64,000 bases of DNA from an uncultured delta proteobacterium (GTDB lineage Bacteria > Myxococcota_A > Polyangia > Polyangiales > Polyangiaceae): the NCBI GenBank assembly GCA_963696385.1, contig CAVOKF010000007.1, positions 1,024,001 to 1,088,000 on the forward strand. Reading direction: 5' to 3'. This document shows positions 40,028 to 50,756 of the stretch, in pieces (the first letter of the stretch is position 1; each line of letters starts with the position of its first letter). Under the pieces are notes generated by a model that saw only the letters and a program-made list of their open reading frames with translations, did no database searches and was not told the DNA's origin. The position numbers and the translations under genes were made by a program.

Positions 40028-41059
40028 ATGACGAATGCCCTCCTCTCTTCGACCGCCGCCATCGCCTTGGCGCTTGCCCTTCCCGCGACAGCGTCCGCGC
40101 AATCGACACCGAGTGGCGCGAACGCCTGCGCACCGGGGAGCTGGTTTTGCGCCGAAGCGCCGGAGCCGCAGGCAGCACCGGCAGCAAGGTCGGTCCAGCG
40201 CCTCGAGCCATTGCCCGATCCGGACGAGCAGGCGCCTCCGCCGGCCGACGACACCCCACCTCCCCGGACCACTCGTCGACCGCATCGGATACCGCCGCCG
40301 CCTCCGCCTCCCGGATACGTGTATCCTCCTGCGCCCCCGCCGACCGCATTCCCGCCGCCCGAAGGCCCCCCGAGCGAATACGCCCCTGCCGTGCGCGAAC
40401 CGCTGTCGCGGCCGCGTGAATGGGGGTTGGCCTTGCGCGTCGAAGGAGCGCTCATCGGACACGGGGCGGGCAACGCCGGAATGGGTGGGGCGGGCGTGGG
40501 TCTACGCTACAAGCCGAACCGTCGCTTCGGAATCGAAGCGGATCTCGATATCGTTGGAGGCACCGACTACCAGGACGATCACCGAACCGAAACGGCGTTT
40601 GCCTTCAACGGACTGTTCTTCCTAAACCCCAAATCGCCCGCGCAGCTCTACGTGCTCGCGGGTTTCGGGTGGTCCAGTGCCCACGTGACGTGCGATTCCG
40701 GAACGAGTTGCGCGGCCGCGGCCGCGGAACCGATCGATCGGCAGTACACGTACTTCGGAGGTCAAATCGGCGGAGGCCTTGAGCTTCGTTTGAGCCGCGT
40801 GATCGCCCTCAATGCGGACGTGCGAGGATTCATCCGGACCCGCATCGACGGTCAGGCCGCTTCGGAGCCGGAATTCGTCGACGCCTACGGGCGGACAACC
40901 AACACTTCGGGCGGCGGGCTCGTGTCCGGCGGAATGGTCCTCTATTTCGAGAGAGAAATCCGCCCGGGGGGCCGACGCCGAGCGCCTCGCTCCCCACCGG
41001 TCGGCTCTTCTCGCGCCGGTCGACGTCCCCTCAATCGAGCGTGTCGTCTCCCTCGATGA
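40028..41059 (+). CDS. Outer-membrane beta-barrel protein with Pro-rich N-terminal region
   Basis: Signal ATASA-Q, CAPGSWFC, poly-Pro, amphipathic strands ending GMVLYF at 40948; the extra basic tail after YF is suspicious. Confidence 0.78.
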   Translation: MTNALLSSTAAIALALALPATASAQSTPSGANACAPGSWFCAEAPEPQAAPAARSVQRLEPLPDPDEQAPPPADDTPPPRTTRRPHRIPPPPPPPGYVYPPAPPPTAFPPPEGPPSEYAPAVREPLSRPREWGLALRVEGALIGHGAGNAGMGGAGVGLRYKPNRRFGIEADLDIVGGTDYQDDHRTETAFAFNGLFFLNPKSPAQLYVLAGFGWSSAHVTCDSGTSCAAAAAEPIDRQYTYFGGQIGGGLELRLSRVIALNADVRGFIRTRIDGQAASEPEFVDAYGRTTNTSGGGLVSGGMVLYFEREIRPGGRRRAPRSPPVGSSRAGRRPLNRACRLPR

Positions 41060-42140
41060 GGGAGGAATCGGGCGGAGGCACGAGCGCACTCGAGGAAGCC
41101 GACGAAGCGGGCTCGGGCGACATCAGGGTGCGGACGAGATCCGCGCGGTTGTTGGCCCCGAGCTTCGCGTAAAGGCGGCGAACGTACGTGCGTACGGTGT
41201 TCTCGCTCAGGCCGGAGATCGCCGCGACGTTCACTCCGCTGTAGCCCGCCATGAGCAGTCGGGCGATTTCGCGTTCGCGCTTGCTCAGCCCGTCCAGTCC
41301 CGGCCGCTTGTCGGGAGCCTCGACCCTTACGACCGCACAGCGTGCGCCGCCGAACACCGGATCGCCCTCGATTCGCGCGATGGCGACGACCGTGCCGCTC
41401 GGCAGCCTCTGGGGCGTCGGCAGCGCGTCGCCCCGGGCTCGCGACGCGAGCGATTGTTCCGCCACATCGACCAGGCGCTCTTCGATAGGCTCCACGTCGT
41501 CGTGCCAATCGATGCCTCGCTCGCGATCGGCCGCGAACACGACGCGTTTGCGGTCTCGGTCGACCACGTAAATGGCGCCGTTGACTTTGCCTAGCGCGCG
41601 GAGCGCGGCCGCCTCCCGAGCCAACTCGTCGTACTGCAGGTGGACACGCGCCCCGGCGACGATGAACGGCGCGAGCTTCTCGAGCGCCAGCTTATCCGCA
41701 TCCTCGAAGCCTGGATCGCGCTGGCGACGCTCGAGTCCGGCCAAACCGAAAAGAACGCCTCCCTCGTGCAAAAAGAGCAACAGGCTCGTGAAGAACCCGT
41801 CGGGCCCCGAGTAGTCGCGAAAGTACGGCAGCTCGGCGCGCTCGCTGTCGGGCCACAGCTCGCTCGCCAAATACGCGCGACGGCCCCCGGCTACGACGTC
41901 CTTCGGATCGAACCCGAAGGCGACGGAGAGACGCGTTCCGCCTTCGACCGGAACGGCCGCGCCGCTGCCATCGACGATCCGGGTCGCATCCGAATAGGCT
42001 CGTGCGTCATCCTTGCCGAAGAAGCAGAACCCACTGGGGGCCGGGACCAGTGCCCGCATGGCATCGATGACTCGGCGGCGGAAACTCGCGCGCGTCCCTG
42101 GCAGAGATACCTGGAGTTGAGCGGCTTGGAGCTTGTCCAC
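41031..42140 (-). CDS. LuxR-family HTH transcriptional regulator with GAF-like N-terminal region
   Basis: LSKREREIARLLMAGYS..NVAAISGLSENTVRTYVRRLYAKLG. Confidence 0.88.
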   Translation of the reverse strand: MDKLQAAQLQVSLPGTRASFRRRVIDAMRALVPAPSGFCFFGKDDARAYSDATRIVDGSGAAVPVEGGTRLSVAFGFDPKDVVAGGRRAYLASELWPDSERAELPYFRDYSGPDGFFTSLLLFLHEGGVLFGLAGLERRQRDPGFEDADKLALEKLAPFIVAGARVHLQYDELAREAAALRALGKVNGAIYVVDRDRKRVVFAADRERGIDWHDDVEPIEERLVDVAEQSLASRARGDALPTPQRLPSGTVVAIARIEGDPVFGGARCAVVRVEAPDKRPGLDGLSKREREIARLLMAGYSGVNVAAISGLSENTVRTYVRRLYAKLGANNRADLVRTLMSPEPASSASSSALVPPPDSSLIEGDDTLD

Positions 42141-42163
42141 GAGGCATGCCTATACTGCGACGT

Positions 42164-43444
42164 ATGCCCGCGGGGACGACTCATGCCGACCGAGCGGGCG
42201 AATTCATCTTCGACTGGAACGAGGTGCCGCGTAAAGGGCAGCGGACCGCCTACGCCTGGACGCTGGTCGACGAAACGCTTCGCGACGGTCTGCAGAACCC
42301 GAGCGTCGTCGACCCCTCCATCGACGACAAGATACGGATTTTGCACCTCATGGAGGAGCTCGGCATCGGCAACGCCAATCTCGGCCTGCCCGGCAGCAGC
42401 AAGCGAGCCTTCGAAGACGTCTTGCGCCTGTGCCAGGAGGTGGCCGACGCCAGGATGAAGATCCGCATCTCGACGGCGGGCCGGACGGTCGCAAGCGACA
42501 TCACCCCCATGATCGAGATCGCGCAGCGGACCGGGATTCGTGTCGAAGTATGCGCGTTCATCGGGTCGAGCCCGATTCGGCAGCACGTCGAGCAATGGGA
42601 CGTGGCGCTCATCGCGAAACGCAGCGCAGAGGCCATCGATATCGCGATCGAAGCCGGTCTGCCCGTCTCGTTCGTGACGGAAGACACGACTCGTTCCCGC
42701 CCGGAGGTCCTGTCGACGCTGTTCCGCGCCGCAATCGATCACGGGGCAACGCGTCTCGTGCTGTCGGACACCGTCGGGCACGCGACTCCGGACGGAGTCC
42801 GCAACTTGATCCACTTCACGAGGGACTTGGTCGCAAGCGTGGGAGCGCCCGGCGTCGGAATCGACTGGCACGGCCACAACGATCGCGGCCTGGCGCTGCA
42901 GAACTCGCTCCTGGCGTTCGAGTTCGGAGCCGATCGTGTGCACGGCACGGCGCTTGGCATCGGCGAACGGGCGGGCAACGCTCCAATCGAACTCATCCTT
43001 CTCAACCTCCGTTTGCTCGACCACCTTCCCGGCGATAGCGACCTCACGAAGCTCGTGGAGTATTGCGAGACGGTCGCACGAGCGGTGGGCTGGGACATCC
43101 CGCCGAACCATCCGCTCGTCGGACGCGACGCTTTTCGAACGGCAACCGGCGTTCACGCCGCCGCCATCGTGAAGGCGCTTCAGAGAGGCGACGAGTGGCT
43201 CGCCGACAGCGTGTACAGTAGCGTGCCCGCATCCGTGTTTGGCCGGCACCAAGAGATCGCGATCGGGTTCATGAGCGGCACTTCGAACGTGGCTCACTGG
43301 CTACGCACGCGCAACATCGAACCCACCGACGAGCGGGTCACGGCGATACTGAAGGCAGCCAAAGGGATGCGACGGCTGTTGAGCGACGACGAGGTCATGG
43401 CCATCGTCGCACCCATCGCCAGCGGACCGACCGTCCGAGGCTAA
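42164..43444 (+). CDS. 2-isopropylmalate synthase / homocitrate synthase family (LeuA-like, DRE-TIM), no C-terminal regulatory domain
   Basis: DETLRDGLQ, EDTTRS, DTVG, HGHNDRGLA, GIGERAGN, TGVHAAA. Confidence 0.88.
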   Translation: MPAGTTHADRAGEFIFDWNEVPRKGQRTAYAWTLVDETLRDGLQNPSVVDPSIDDKIRILHLMEELGIGNANLGLPGSSKRAFEDVLRLCQEVADARMKIRISTAGRTVASDITPMIEIAQRTGIRVEVCAFIGSSPIRQHVEQWDVALIAKRSAEAIDIAIEAGLPVSFVTEDTTRSRPEVLSTLFRAAIDHGATRLVLSDTVGHATPDGVRNLIHFTRDLVASVGAPGVGIDWHGHNDRGLALQNSLLAFEFGADRVHGTALGIGERAGNAPIELILLNLRLLDHLPGDSDLTKLVEYCETVARAVGWDIPPNHPLVGRDAFRTATGVHAAAIVKALQRGDEWLADSVYSSVPASVFGRHQEIAIGFMSGTSNVAHWLRTRNIEPTDERVTAILKAAKGMRRLLSDDEVMAIVAPIASGPTVRG

Positions 43445-44415
43445 AGCCCGAGCCATGGAGCGGGCGGGATGGCCCGCGACCCGTGCCTTACCTCGAAGTA
43501 GAGCATCGGCCCCGCGCCATCGTCTCCCACGGTACCGAGGCGATCCCCGGCGCCGACGTCTTGGCCAATCTTGACGTCGACGGCGTCGAGATTGCCACTC
43601 ACCGTATAGTAGTGGTCGCCGTGATCGAGAATGACGATTCGCCCGTAAGGCCCGTAGCGGTCGGCAAACGCAACACGCGCGGCGAACGCCGCACGGACGA
43701 CGGACCCGGCGGGAGCGTGGATCTCCAGACCCGGCCCGTCGGCTCCCTCGCGGCGCGCCGGGCGCACTTCCGCCCGGGCCGCGACAGGAAATAGCAGTCG
43801 GCCCCGCGCGCTGGCGAATCCGCCTGCGGGCATCTCGGGCGCGACCGCTCCCGCTCCACCATAAACCGCGACGTAGTCGGCGCCCGCGCCGGTGGACGTT
43901 TCGAACGCCTTGTCGAAGGCGTCCTGCCTGCGCCGATCCTCCTGGTGCTCGAGCCGTGTGGCTTCGATGGCCTGACGCTGCGTCACCATCGAAGCGCGAT
44001 CCCGGTCGATGCGTTCGAGATCGTGCTGGAGCTCTTCGGCACGAACGTGGGCGCTCTGTTCTTCACGAATGTCCGCGGTCACCAACCGCCGGGCGCGCTC
44101 GACGTGCATGGCGTGCGTGACCAGTGCGTCGAATCCCCCACTGAGCGGAAGCAATCCGGCGCGGGTGAGCCGATAATACGAACGGCCGTGTGCCACGACG
44201 CGCTCGTGCGCGCGGGCGACCCGTCCGTCCAACCGAGACAACTCTGCACGAGCCCCATGCTCTTCGCCATCGAGATCGGCGAGACCGCGATCGAGAGCTG
44301 CGAGTGCGAGGGTCGGGTCGGACGGGCGATCGACCGAGGACCCACCTGCGTCCGCGGCAACCGACGGCGCCGTGAGCGCCACGGCCGCGAGGAGCCAATG
44401 CGGTGGGATCCTCAT
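43441..44415 (-). CDS. envC: Murein hydrolase activator EnvC-like (coiled coil + degenerate M23)
   Basis: Signal peptide, coiled coil, RGRLLFPV, YGRIVILDHG, LYFEVR; directly follows ftsEX. Confidence 0.82.
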   Translation of the reverse strand: MRIPPHWLLAAVALTAPSVAADAGGSSVDRPSDPTLALAALDRGLADLDGEEHGARAELSRLDGRVARAHERVVAHGRSYYRLTRAGLLPLSGGFDALVTHAMHVERARRLVTADIREEQSAHVRAEELQHDLERIDRDRASMVTQRQAIEATRLEHQEDRRRQDAFDKAFETSTGAGADYVAVYGGAGAVAPEMPAGGFASARGRLLFPVAARAEVRPARREGADGPGLEIHAPAGSVVRAAFAARVAFADRYGPYGRIVILDHGDHYYTVSGNLDAVDVKIGQDVGAGDRLGTVGDDGAGPMLYFEVRHGSRAIPPAPWLGL

Positions 44416-45293
44416 ACCGGCACAAGCCTACGCAAGCTGACGAGCGCCGCCAAAGCGCCGAGCACGCCGCCGAGAAAGACCATGCCGATCGCGACCGGCC
44501 ACGGCAAAAAACTCGGCTCGACGCCGACGAGGCCCGCAAGCTCCGTGTCGGCGCGACCCCGCACCAACACGAAAAGCAGGCCGAGTAGAGCGAGGGCGGC
44601 GAGCGCACCGATCGCCCCCTGGACGGCTCCCTCGAGGACGAATGGCTTCTTGACGAATCCGTCGGTGGCCCCGACCAACTTGAGCACCTCGACCTCCGTG
44701 CGGCGTCTCTGCAAGACCAAACGCATGGTCGACCCGATGACAGCGAGCACCGCCGACAAGACGACAATCGCAAGGACCCCGGCGGCCGCCACTCCGCCGC
44801 GAGCCAGCCGCGTCAGCCGGCCCGTCCAGGCCTGGTACGTCTCGACATCGTCCACGGCGGGAATTTGCCTCATCTTCACGACCATGTCCGCGAGGTCCGC
44901 GTCGGGCATGTCAGGGGCGACATCGAGTTCAATCGACGCGGGAAACGCCTCGATCGGCAGGGCTGCAAGGTCGCCCTTCCCATCGGACTCGCGGCCGAAT
45001 TCGGTGCGTGCATCGCCGCTCGAGACGTACCGAACGCCGGTCACTCCCGGCACGCGAACCAGCGCCGCACGCAGGGCATCGACCTCACCCTGGCTCGCGG
45101 AATCCTTCAAGAACACGGACGCGCGACCCGCCCGCCGCCATCGCTGCTCGGCGGCCCAGAAGTTCGTTACGACGAGCAGCACGGCCCCGAGACATACGAA
45201 GGCGACCGACAGCGAGAACAGACTCAGCGTGTGCAATCGCCACTCGCGCACCATGCCCCGCCTCGCTCTTCGTGTGGTGCTGGCCGACAACAT
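44412..45293 (-). CDS. ftsX: Cell division permease FtsX
   Basis: TM + periplasmic domain, RRTEVEVLKLVGAT..FVKKPFVLEG; adjacent to ftsE. Confidence 0.9.
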   Translation of the reverse strand: MLSASTTRRARRGMVREWRLHTLSLFSLSVAFVCLGAVLLVVTNFWAAEQRWRRAGRASVFLKDSASQGEVDALRAALVRVPGVTGVRYVSSGDARTEFGRESDGKGDLAALPIEAFPASIELDVAPDMPDADLADMVVKMRQIPAVDDVETYQAWTGRLTRLARGGVAAAGVLAIVVLSAVLAVIGSTMRLVLQRRRTEVEVLKLVGATDGFVKKPFVLEGAVQGAIGALAALALLGLLFVLVRGRADTELAGLVGVEPSFLPWPVAIGMVFLGGVLGALAALVSLRRLVPV

Positions 45294-45330
45294 GCTCCCT
45301 CCGTAGACCGGTCAAACCCAATCGCGTCGC

Positions 45331-46119
45331 CTAGAGCGGCAACCGGTTATCGTATTCGTCGGCCGAGATTCCCTGTGGCACGTCGATGGCTTTCCCCTCG
45401 TCGAGAATGACGACGCGCCGCGGACGCACCTCGAGCAACGTTCGATCGTGGGTCGCGAACAGGACCGTCGTGCCACCCTCGTGGATCTCCTCGAAGAGAC
45501 CCAGGATGTCGATCGCGAGCTGCGGGTCGAGATTGCCGGTGGGCTCATCCGCGAGAATGAGTGCGGGCTCACCGACAATCGCGCGGGCCACAGCGACCCG
45601 CTGCTGCTCCCCTCCGGAAAGGACGGAGGCCGGGTCGTCGCCGCGGCCGCCGAGTCCAACCCGATCGAGCGCCTCCGCGACACGCGCCCGCACCAGGCGC
45701 TGCGGGAGCCCAAGCACCTCGAGGACGACGGCCACGTTCTCGAAGGCGGTCCATGAGGACACGAGTTTGAAATCTTGAAATACGATTCCGAGGTTGCGAC
45801 GCAAAAATGGAACGGCATCCTCGCGGAGGCGAGCGACGTCTCGACCGAGAAAGAGGATTCGGCCGTCGTCGACGGTGTCCGCCCTGTAGAGCATGCGCAA
45901 CAGGGTTGATTTTCCCGACCCGCTTGGGCCCGTGACGAAGACGAACTCACCCCGTTCGATGACCAAACTCATCCCACGGAGAACCGGCGCGCCGTGCCGG
46001 TACGACTTGTAGACATCCTCGAAGACGAGGATCGGCCGCTGAGCGGCGTCGCGCGAGAATCGCGCACCGCCTGCGCGCAGCATGGGGCGGAATCTCTCTG
46101 GAGAGTCGCCGCGGGACAT
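45331..46119 (-). CDS. ftsE: Cell division ATP-binding protein FtsE
   Basis: [44 protein letters not shown]; start ATG 46119 (46083 also possible). Confidence 0.92.
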   Translation of the reverse strand: MSRGDSPERFRPMLRAGGARFSRDAAQRPILVFEDVYKSYRHGAPVLRGMSLVIERGEFVFVTGPSGSGKSTLLRMLYRADTVDDGRILFLGRDVARLREDAVPFLRRNLGIVFQDFKLVSSWTAFENVAVVLEVLGLPQRLVRARVAEALDRVGLGGRGDDPASVLSGGEQQRVAVARAIVGEPALILADEPTGNLDPQLAIDILGLFEEIHEGGTTVLFATHDRTLLEVRPRRVVILDEGKAIDVPQGISADEYDNRLPL

Positions 46120-46218
46120 GACTCTCGGGGTATCAGCCGCCGACGAGCGCGACAACTTTTTGGTCGGATCCCGGACCGGGGGGTCGCGGTCGCGAGGGGT
46201 CGCGGTCCCGCTTGTCCC

Positions 46219-46329
<111 letters not shown>

Positions 46330-46354
46330 GCTGTAGAGAGATCTTCGAGCCTCG

Positions 46355-47311
46355 CTAGACGCTGCGCAACACGGGCAAGTTCGAGGGCAGCACACTCGGC
46401 GAGTCGCAATAGGCCGCCGCTTGCTCGGCGAGCGCCACGGCGAAAGCCCCGTCTGTTCCGGTGGCGATGTCGCGTCCGGCGTGACCGTCAAGTGCGTCGG
46501 CGAGGGCGATCGCTTGCGCGACGAGGGGCTCTTGGAACGGAAGCGGAACGTCCGCACGCGATGCCGCCGATCCGTCGGCGCGCACGAGACGGTGTTCGAG
46601 CAGATCACCCTCGTAGCGCCAGCGATGCGTGGCGACCGTGATCGTTCGTTGCTTCGCGACCGTCGTACGATCGACGTAGAGATGTCCGATGCTTCCCGAA
46701 GCCGTCGTCAGCAGTACGTGTGCGAAGTCTTCGCCACCGGCCGCACTGGACCGACCCGCGGCAGCGGATCGCACCGTGACGCCGCCCCCGCACAGGTACC
46801 CCACGAGATCGAGATCGTGCACCCCCAGATGGAGCAGGACCCCGAAGCCGCTCTCGCGCGATCGACCGACCCGGCGCAGGTCGATCCCCAACACTTGCTC
46901 CGCACGTACGAACCGCGCGAGCGCACGAACCACCGGGTTGAACCGCTCCGAGTGACCGACGAACAGGCGACCGCCCGATCGCGCCGAGGCAACCAGGGCG
47001 CTCGCGTCTGCGGCGGTGGCGCAGAGAGGCTTTTCCACCAGCACGTGCCTGCCGGCAGCGAGCGCGGCGGCGACGAGCTCCGTGTGCGTTTCGATCGGCG
47101 TCGCGATCACCAGCAGGTCGGATTGATCGATGGCTTCGCTAGGGCTGCGCATTCGCCGCAGCCCCTCCGAACCGTGCAGATCGGGGCGCACGTCGAACCC
47201 GCCGAGGAGTTCGAACCGCTCGTCGAGTCCTCGAATCACGCGAGCGTGACGCATCCCCATCGCGCCAAGGCCGATCACGGTCGTTTTGTAGCGTCTCGTC
47301 GCTCTACGCAC
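46355..47311 (-). CDS. Gfo/Idh/MocA family oxidoreductase
   Basis: VIGLGAMG..H, IATP..TH, HVLVEKP, VGHSERFNP, LGVHDLD; start uncertain (GTG 47311). Confidence 0.88.
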   Translation of the reverse strand: MRRATRRYKTTVIGLGAMGMRHARVIRGLDERFELLGGFDVRPDLHGSEGLRRMRSPSEAIDQSDLLVIATPIETHTELVAAALAAGRHVLVEKPLCATAADASALVASARSGGRLFVGHSERFNPVVRALARFVRAEQVLGIDLRRVGRSRESGFGVLLHLGVHDLDLVGYLCGGGVTVRSAAAGRSSAAGGEDFAHVLLTTASGSIGHLYVDRTTVAKQRTITVATHRWRYEGDLLEHRLVRADGSAASRADVPLPFQEPLVAQAIALADALDGHAGRDIATGTDGAFAVALAEQAAAYCDSPSVLPSNLPVLRSV

Positions 47312-47466
47312 GCGGCTGCGAACCTCGATAGATCGCGACCATGACACGCGGACGGCGCCCGCGGCGAGAACAATCGCCTTCGCGCAGAGCTCCGCGCCTC
47401 GGGACGAGACACCGCCGTGCGACAGGCCACCGTGGTGGGTGACGCACGTATCGCTCCCGCGTCGCT

Positions 47467-48897
47467 CTACCGGCCGATTCCGAACGAGAAGGGATACGTG
47501 ACCTGCGAGACGCCCTCGCTCGAGGGGAAGTGCCACGTGCGCACCTGACGGAGGACGCACCCTTCGACGCGCGGACTGTGAATCGTGGATCCGGCCACGT
47601 TTGCGCTCGTGACCCCACCGGTGGCGTCGATGGTCCACGCCACCGTTACGCCGCCCCGCAGCGTCGGGTCCTTTTGCGCTTCGATCTCGTAGCAAGCCTG
47701 CAGCGCGCCCTTGTGGGCGAAGACCACGCGATTGATCTGTTCGGGACTGAGGCCCCCATGCGTTGCGACGGGACCCACGCCCTGCACCCCGTGCTCACCG
47801 GTCCCGCCGCCTGCCGCGCCATGGCCTCCGGCTCCGCCGCCGCCGTTGCCGCCTCCGGGCCCGTGCCCGGCCCCCGTCCCGAACCCGCCCCCCGCGCCGG
47901 CCCCCCAACCGGTATTCAGCGTTCCGGAGCCAAACATGACGCCCGCGCCCACGCCACCGCCGCCGGATCCGGTTCCGCGCAGTCCGGTGCCGGGACCGCC
48001 ACCGAGCACGACGTTCGCCGAATTCAACCCGCCGAGGGCGTCCGAGACGGTTTGAATCTCACTGAGCGTTTTTCTGATTTCGGTCCCAGTGTCCGCAAGC
48101 GCCTCGCTCAAGCCTCCGTAGTTGGTGACGGGCTTGATCTCGCCCGGCAGCTCGTTGTGATCTTCCTTCCCGCTCAGCCCCGCCGTGCCCTCCTTGCCCT
48201 GGACTTTCTGACCCCCGCCTGCTTTTTTCGTGTCCTTGATCCCAGGGTCTTTGGGTCCCTTGGGTGCTCCTGAGCCGGCATCCTTCGAGGTCGCCGGCGG
48301 ATCGGGCTCCGGCAAAACCCTCTTGAGACCGAACCGCTCGGCGTAGTCTTCCGGGCTCACGAGCTCGGGCGGAAGGCGATAATCCGGGGGCGTCCAATTG
48401 ACGATGAGCAGCCCGATGATCCCCAGGTGGAACACGACGCTCGAGAAGAGCGACAAGCCGGAAAGCAAGTCATCGAGATGGAACAATCGCGCGACGAGCG
48501 TGAACGGAAGGAGCCACGGCGGCGTTCGTTTGGCGATGGCGGGCGCAGGGGCCGTGTACTGAAAAAATAGGGCGAAGAGCCCATACTGAATCAGACCGTA
48601 GTCCCCGGGGACGACGGGGATCGGCGCCGGGACCCGGGAGAGACTCGCCGCGCTTTCCTGGCGTCCCCGCAGCAAGACCATTCCGCTGACCGCACCGCGC
48701 GCATCGAGCTCCCACCCGCCGCCGACCGCGCGCAGCGGAGTCGTTGCCGCCGCGAGGCCGTCGGGCATCGCAGCAAGTGCACCGGGCGAGTCGGACAGCG
48801 AGCAGTCCTCACCGCGTTCGAGCAGCTTGATCCCGACGATCGTCGTTCCCCACGCCGCAGCCACGCGAAGGACCTGAGGGGATGCGGTGGCCGTCAT
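47467..48897 (-). CDS. GltG/PglI (AgmX/PglI C-terminal, TonB_C-like) membrane protein
   Basis: TM with SxxxH (SSVVFHLG), Gly-rich linker, C-terminal INRVV....ALQACYE...L.GGVTVAWTI...VEGCV..QVRTWHFP...VTYPF. Confidence 0.8.
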   Translation of the reverse strand: MTATASPQVLRVAAAWGTTIVGIKLLERGEDCSLSDSPGALAAMPDGLAAATTPLRAVGGGWELDARGAVSGMVLLRGRQESAASLSRVPAPIPVVPGDYGLIQYGLFALFFQYTAPAPAIAKRTPPWLLPFTLVARLFHLDDLLSGLSLFSSVVFHLGIIGLLIVNWTPPDYRLPPELVSPEDYAERFGLKRVLPEPDPPATSKDAGSGAPKGPKDPGIKDTKKAGGGQKVQGKEGTAGLSGKEDHNELPGEIKPVTNYGGLSEALADTGTEIRKTLSEIQTVSDALGGLNSANVVLGGGPGTGLRGTGSGGGGVGAGVMFGSGTLNTGWGAGAGGGFGTGAGHGPGGGNGGGGAGGHGAAGGGTGEHGVQGVGPVATHGGLSPEQINRVVFAHKGALQACYEIEAQKDPTLRGGVTVAWTIDATGGVTSANVAGSTIHSPRVEGCVLRQVRTWHFPSSEGVSQVTYPFSFGIGR

Positions 48898-48898
48898 C

Positions 48899-49363
48899 TC
48901 AGAAGCTCGGCTCCCTTCTCGTCTCGGACATTTCGCGCATGAAGCTGCGGTGCCCCAGGTCGCCCGCAGCGAACTCGGCCCGCACGCGCCGCAGGAAGTA
49001 GACGAGCTGAGGGCTCTTGAGCCGCCCCTCGATATCGATCTCGCCGAACTTGAAAACGCGGGTGCCTCCGTCGAGCACCTTCGCCTCCACCGCTCCGGCG
49101 TCGGAAAGTGCGGCACCGGTGGCCGCCCGGGCGGCATGGGACGGGACGGACGCTCGTCCCGACCCAACGGCTGCTTCGGGCATCGCGGCCCCCTCTCCGT
49201 TCGCGGGCGCGGACGGGCCCTTCGTCGCGGTCGAGCGCGAAGCCGAATGACCGTGAGGCACGGAGGTCGGCTCCGTCGTTTGGGCGATCGCGGCTTGCGT
49301 CAGGCCGCAGACCCCGAGAGCCACGGACAACGTCCGAAGCACGGCACGCGTGCGTCGCACCAT
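48899..49363 (-). CDS. GltF/CglF-like small periplasmic protein
   Basis: Signal AAIA-Q; VFKFGEIDIEGRLKSPQ and RSFMREM; sits between the GltE- and GltG-like genes. Start uncertain. Confidence 0.65.
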   Translation of the reverse strand: MVRRTRAVLRTLSVALGVCGLTQAAIAQTTEPTSVPHGHSASRSTATKGPSAPANGEGAAMPEAAVGSGRASVPSHAARAATGAALSDAGAVEAKVLDGGTRVFKFGEIDIEGRLKSPQLVYFLRRVRAEFAAGDLGHRSFMREMSETRREPSF

Positions 49364-49463
49364 CCGGATCCGGAATGCGCCGGCCGCAATCTCGGTCGGC
49401 AGCTGCGCGACCCGACGTGTCCCCATCGCAATGCAGTGTACCGCGCCCACGAGCGCGAAAGCG

Positions 49464-50756
49464 TTAGTTCTTGAGTGGCGCCGCGCCGCCCGGCGCGGCG
49501 GGGGCAGGACGTGCCGACGGGGATGACCGCGGTGGCCGGGGTGTCCGCGTAGGCGCAGAGGACGCGACGGGGGGACTTGCACCCCCATTCGACCCCGCAG
49601 CCGCCCCCGACCCGGCGCCGGCATGGGCGTTCGCGACGGTACTCGCGCTCGCGGCCGAGGCGTACTTCTCCGCCTCGCCGCGTAGGGGGTGGTCGTTGGG
49701 CGCATCTGCGATGAACCGCCTGAAGAGCGGCGCCGCCCTCGTGGGATCCTTCAAAAAATCAGCGTAAAGAACGCCGAGATTGAAAAGCGCGCTCGTGTCG
49801 TGCGGATCGATCGACAGGACCTTCTCGAGCACGTCGCGCGCCTCCTCGAATTTCTTGGGATGCTGCGTGTTCGCCTGCCCGCGCAGAGCGGCCGCGAGGC
49901 CGACTTGTGCCTCGGTGCGATCCGGCGACATCCGGAGGATCTCGCGGTACTGCTCCTCGGCTTTGGCATAGGCGCCCGCCCGAAGGAGCACGACGCCCAT
50001 GTTGAGCCTCGATGTCGTGTCATGCGGGTCGGCCTGCGCGGCTTTGCGAAATTCGCTGAACGCCGCCGCGTCATCGCCGTTGGCCAGATCGAGCAGCCCG
50101 GTCGCGCGATGTGCGACGGCGCTGTTCGGGCTCGCATCGAGCGCTTGTTTGGCGAGGAGCGCCGCCGCTTCTCTCTCTCCTTTGCCGAGATGCAAAAGCG
50201 ATAGCTCCGCGAGTGCCATCGAGTCGCCCGGCTTGCGCACGAGCACTTCCTGCGCTTCGCTCATCGCCTTGTCGAGCTGACCGCTCTCGCGCAATGCGGC
50301 GACGAGCAGAGTGCGCGCCGTGAGCGCCCCTGGGTGTTCCCGGACGAAATCGGCGAGCCCCTTCGCGGCGAGCAGGTATTCGCCACGGCGTAGCCGTACT
50401 TCGGCCAAGGCCACGGCGATGTCCTGAACGTCGGGAGCCGGCGACGCGGCGATCGTGAGCTCATGCTCGGCCCCCGCGAGATCTCCAGCGTTGGCCAGGA
50501 CGATGCCCAGATCGTAGCGCGCTTCCCAGAGATGGCCGTCGACCTGAATCGCCGCGCGCAGAAGTGCCACACTGCGGTCGCGGTCGCCGTCCTTCGACGC
50601 CTGCACGCCTTCGATCATCCTGTCGACCGCTGCAGGAGCCAACGGGGCGACCGCGCCGGCGACCGGTACGGCGGCCATCGGCGGATGGGCCGGCGGACGC
50701 GCGCATGCGGAGGAACCCAGCGCGATGAGCACGACCGCACACCCCCGCGAGTTCAT
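49464..50756 (-). CDS. TPR lipoprotein, GltE/AglT-like
   Basis: Lipobox SSAC; multiple TPRs (ARYDLG, SRLNMG, ALFNLGVLY); synteny with gltD/F/G-like genes. Confidence 0.78.
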   Translation of the reverse strand: MNSRGCAVVLIALGSSACARPPAHPPMAAVPVAGAVAPLAPAAVDRMIEGVQASKDGDRDRSVALLRAAIQVDGHLWEARYDLGIVLANAGDLAGAEHELTIAASPAPDVQDIAVALAEVRLRRGEYLLAAKGLADFVREHPGALTARTLLVAALRESGQLDKAMSEAQEVLVRKPGDSMALAELSLLHLGKGEREAAALLAKQALDASPNSAVAHRATGLLDLANGDDAAAFSEFRKAAQADPHDTTSRLNMGVVLLRAGAYAKAEEQYREILRMSPDRTEAQVGLAAALRGQANTQHPKKFEEARDVLEKVLSIDPHDTSALFNLGVLYADFLKDPTRAAPLFRRFIADAPNDHPLRGEAEKYASAASASTVANAHAGAGSGAAAGSNGGASPPVASSAPTRTPRPPRSSPSARPAPAAPGGAAPLKN

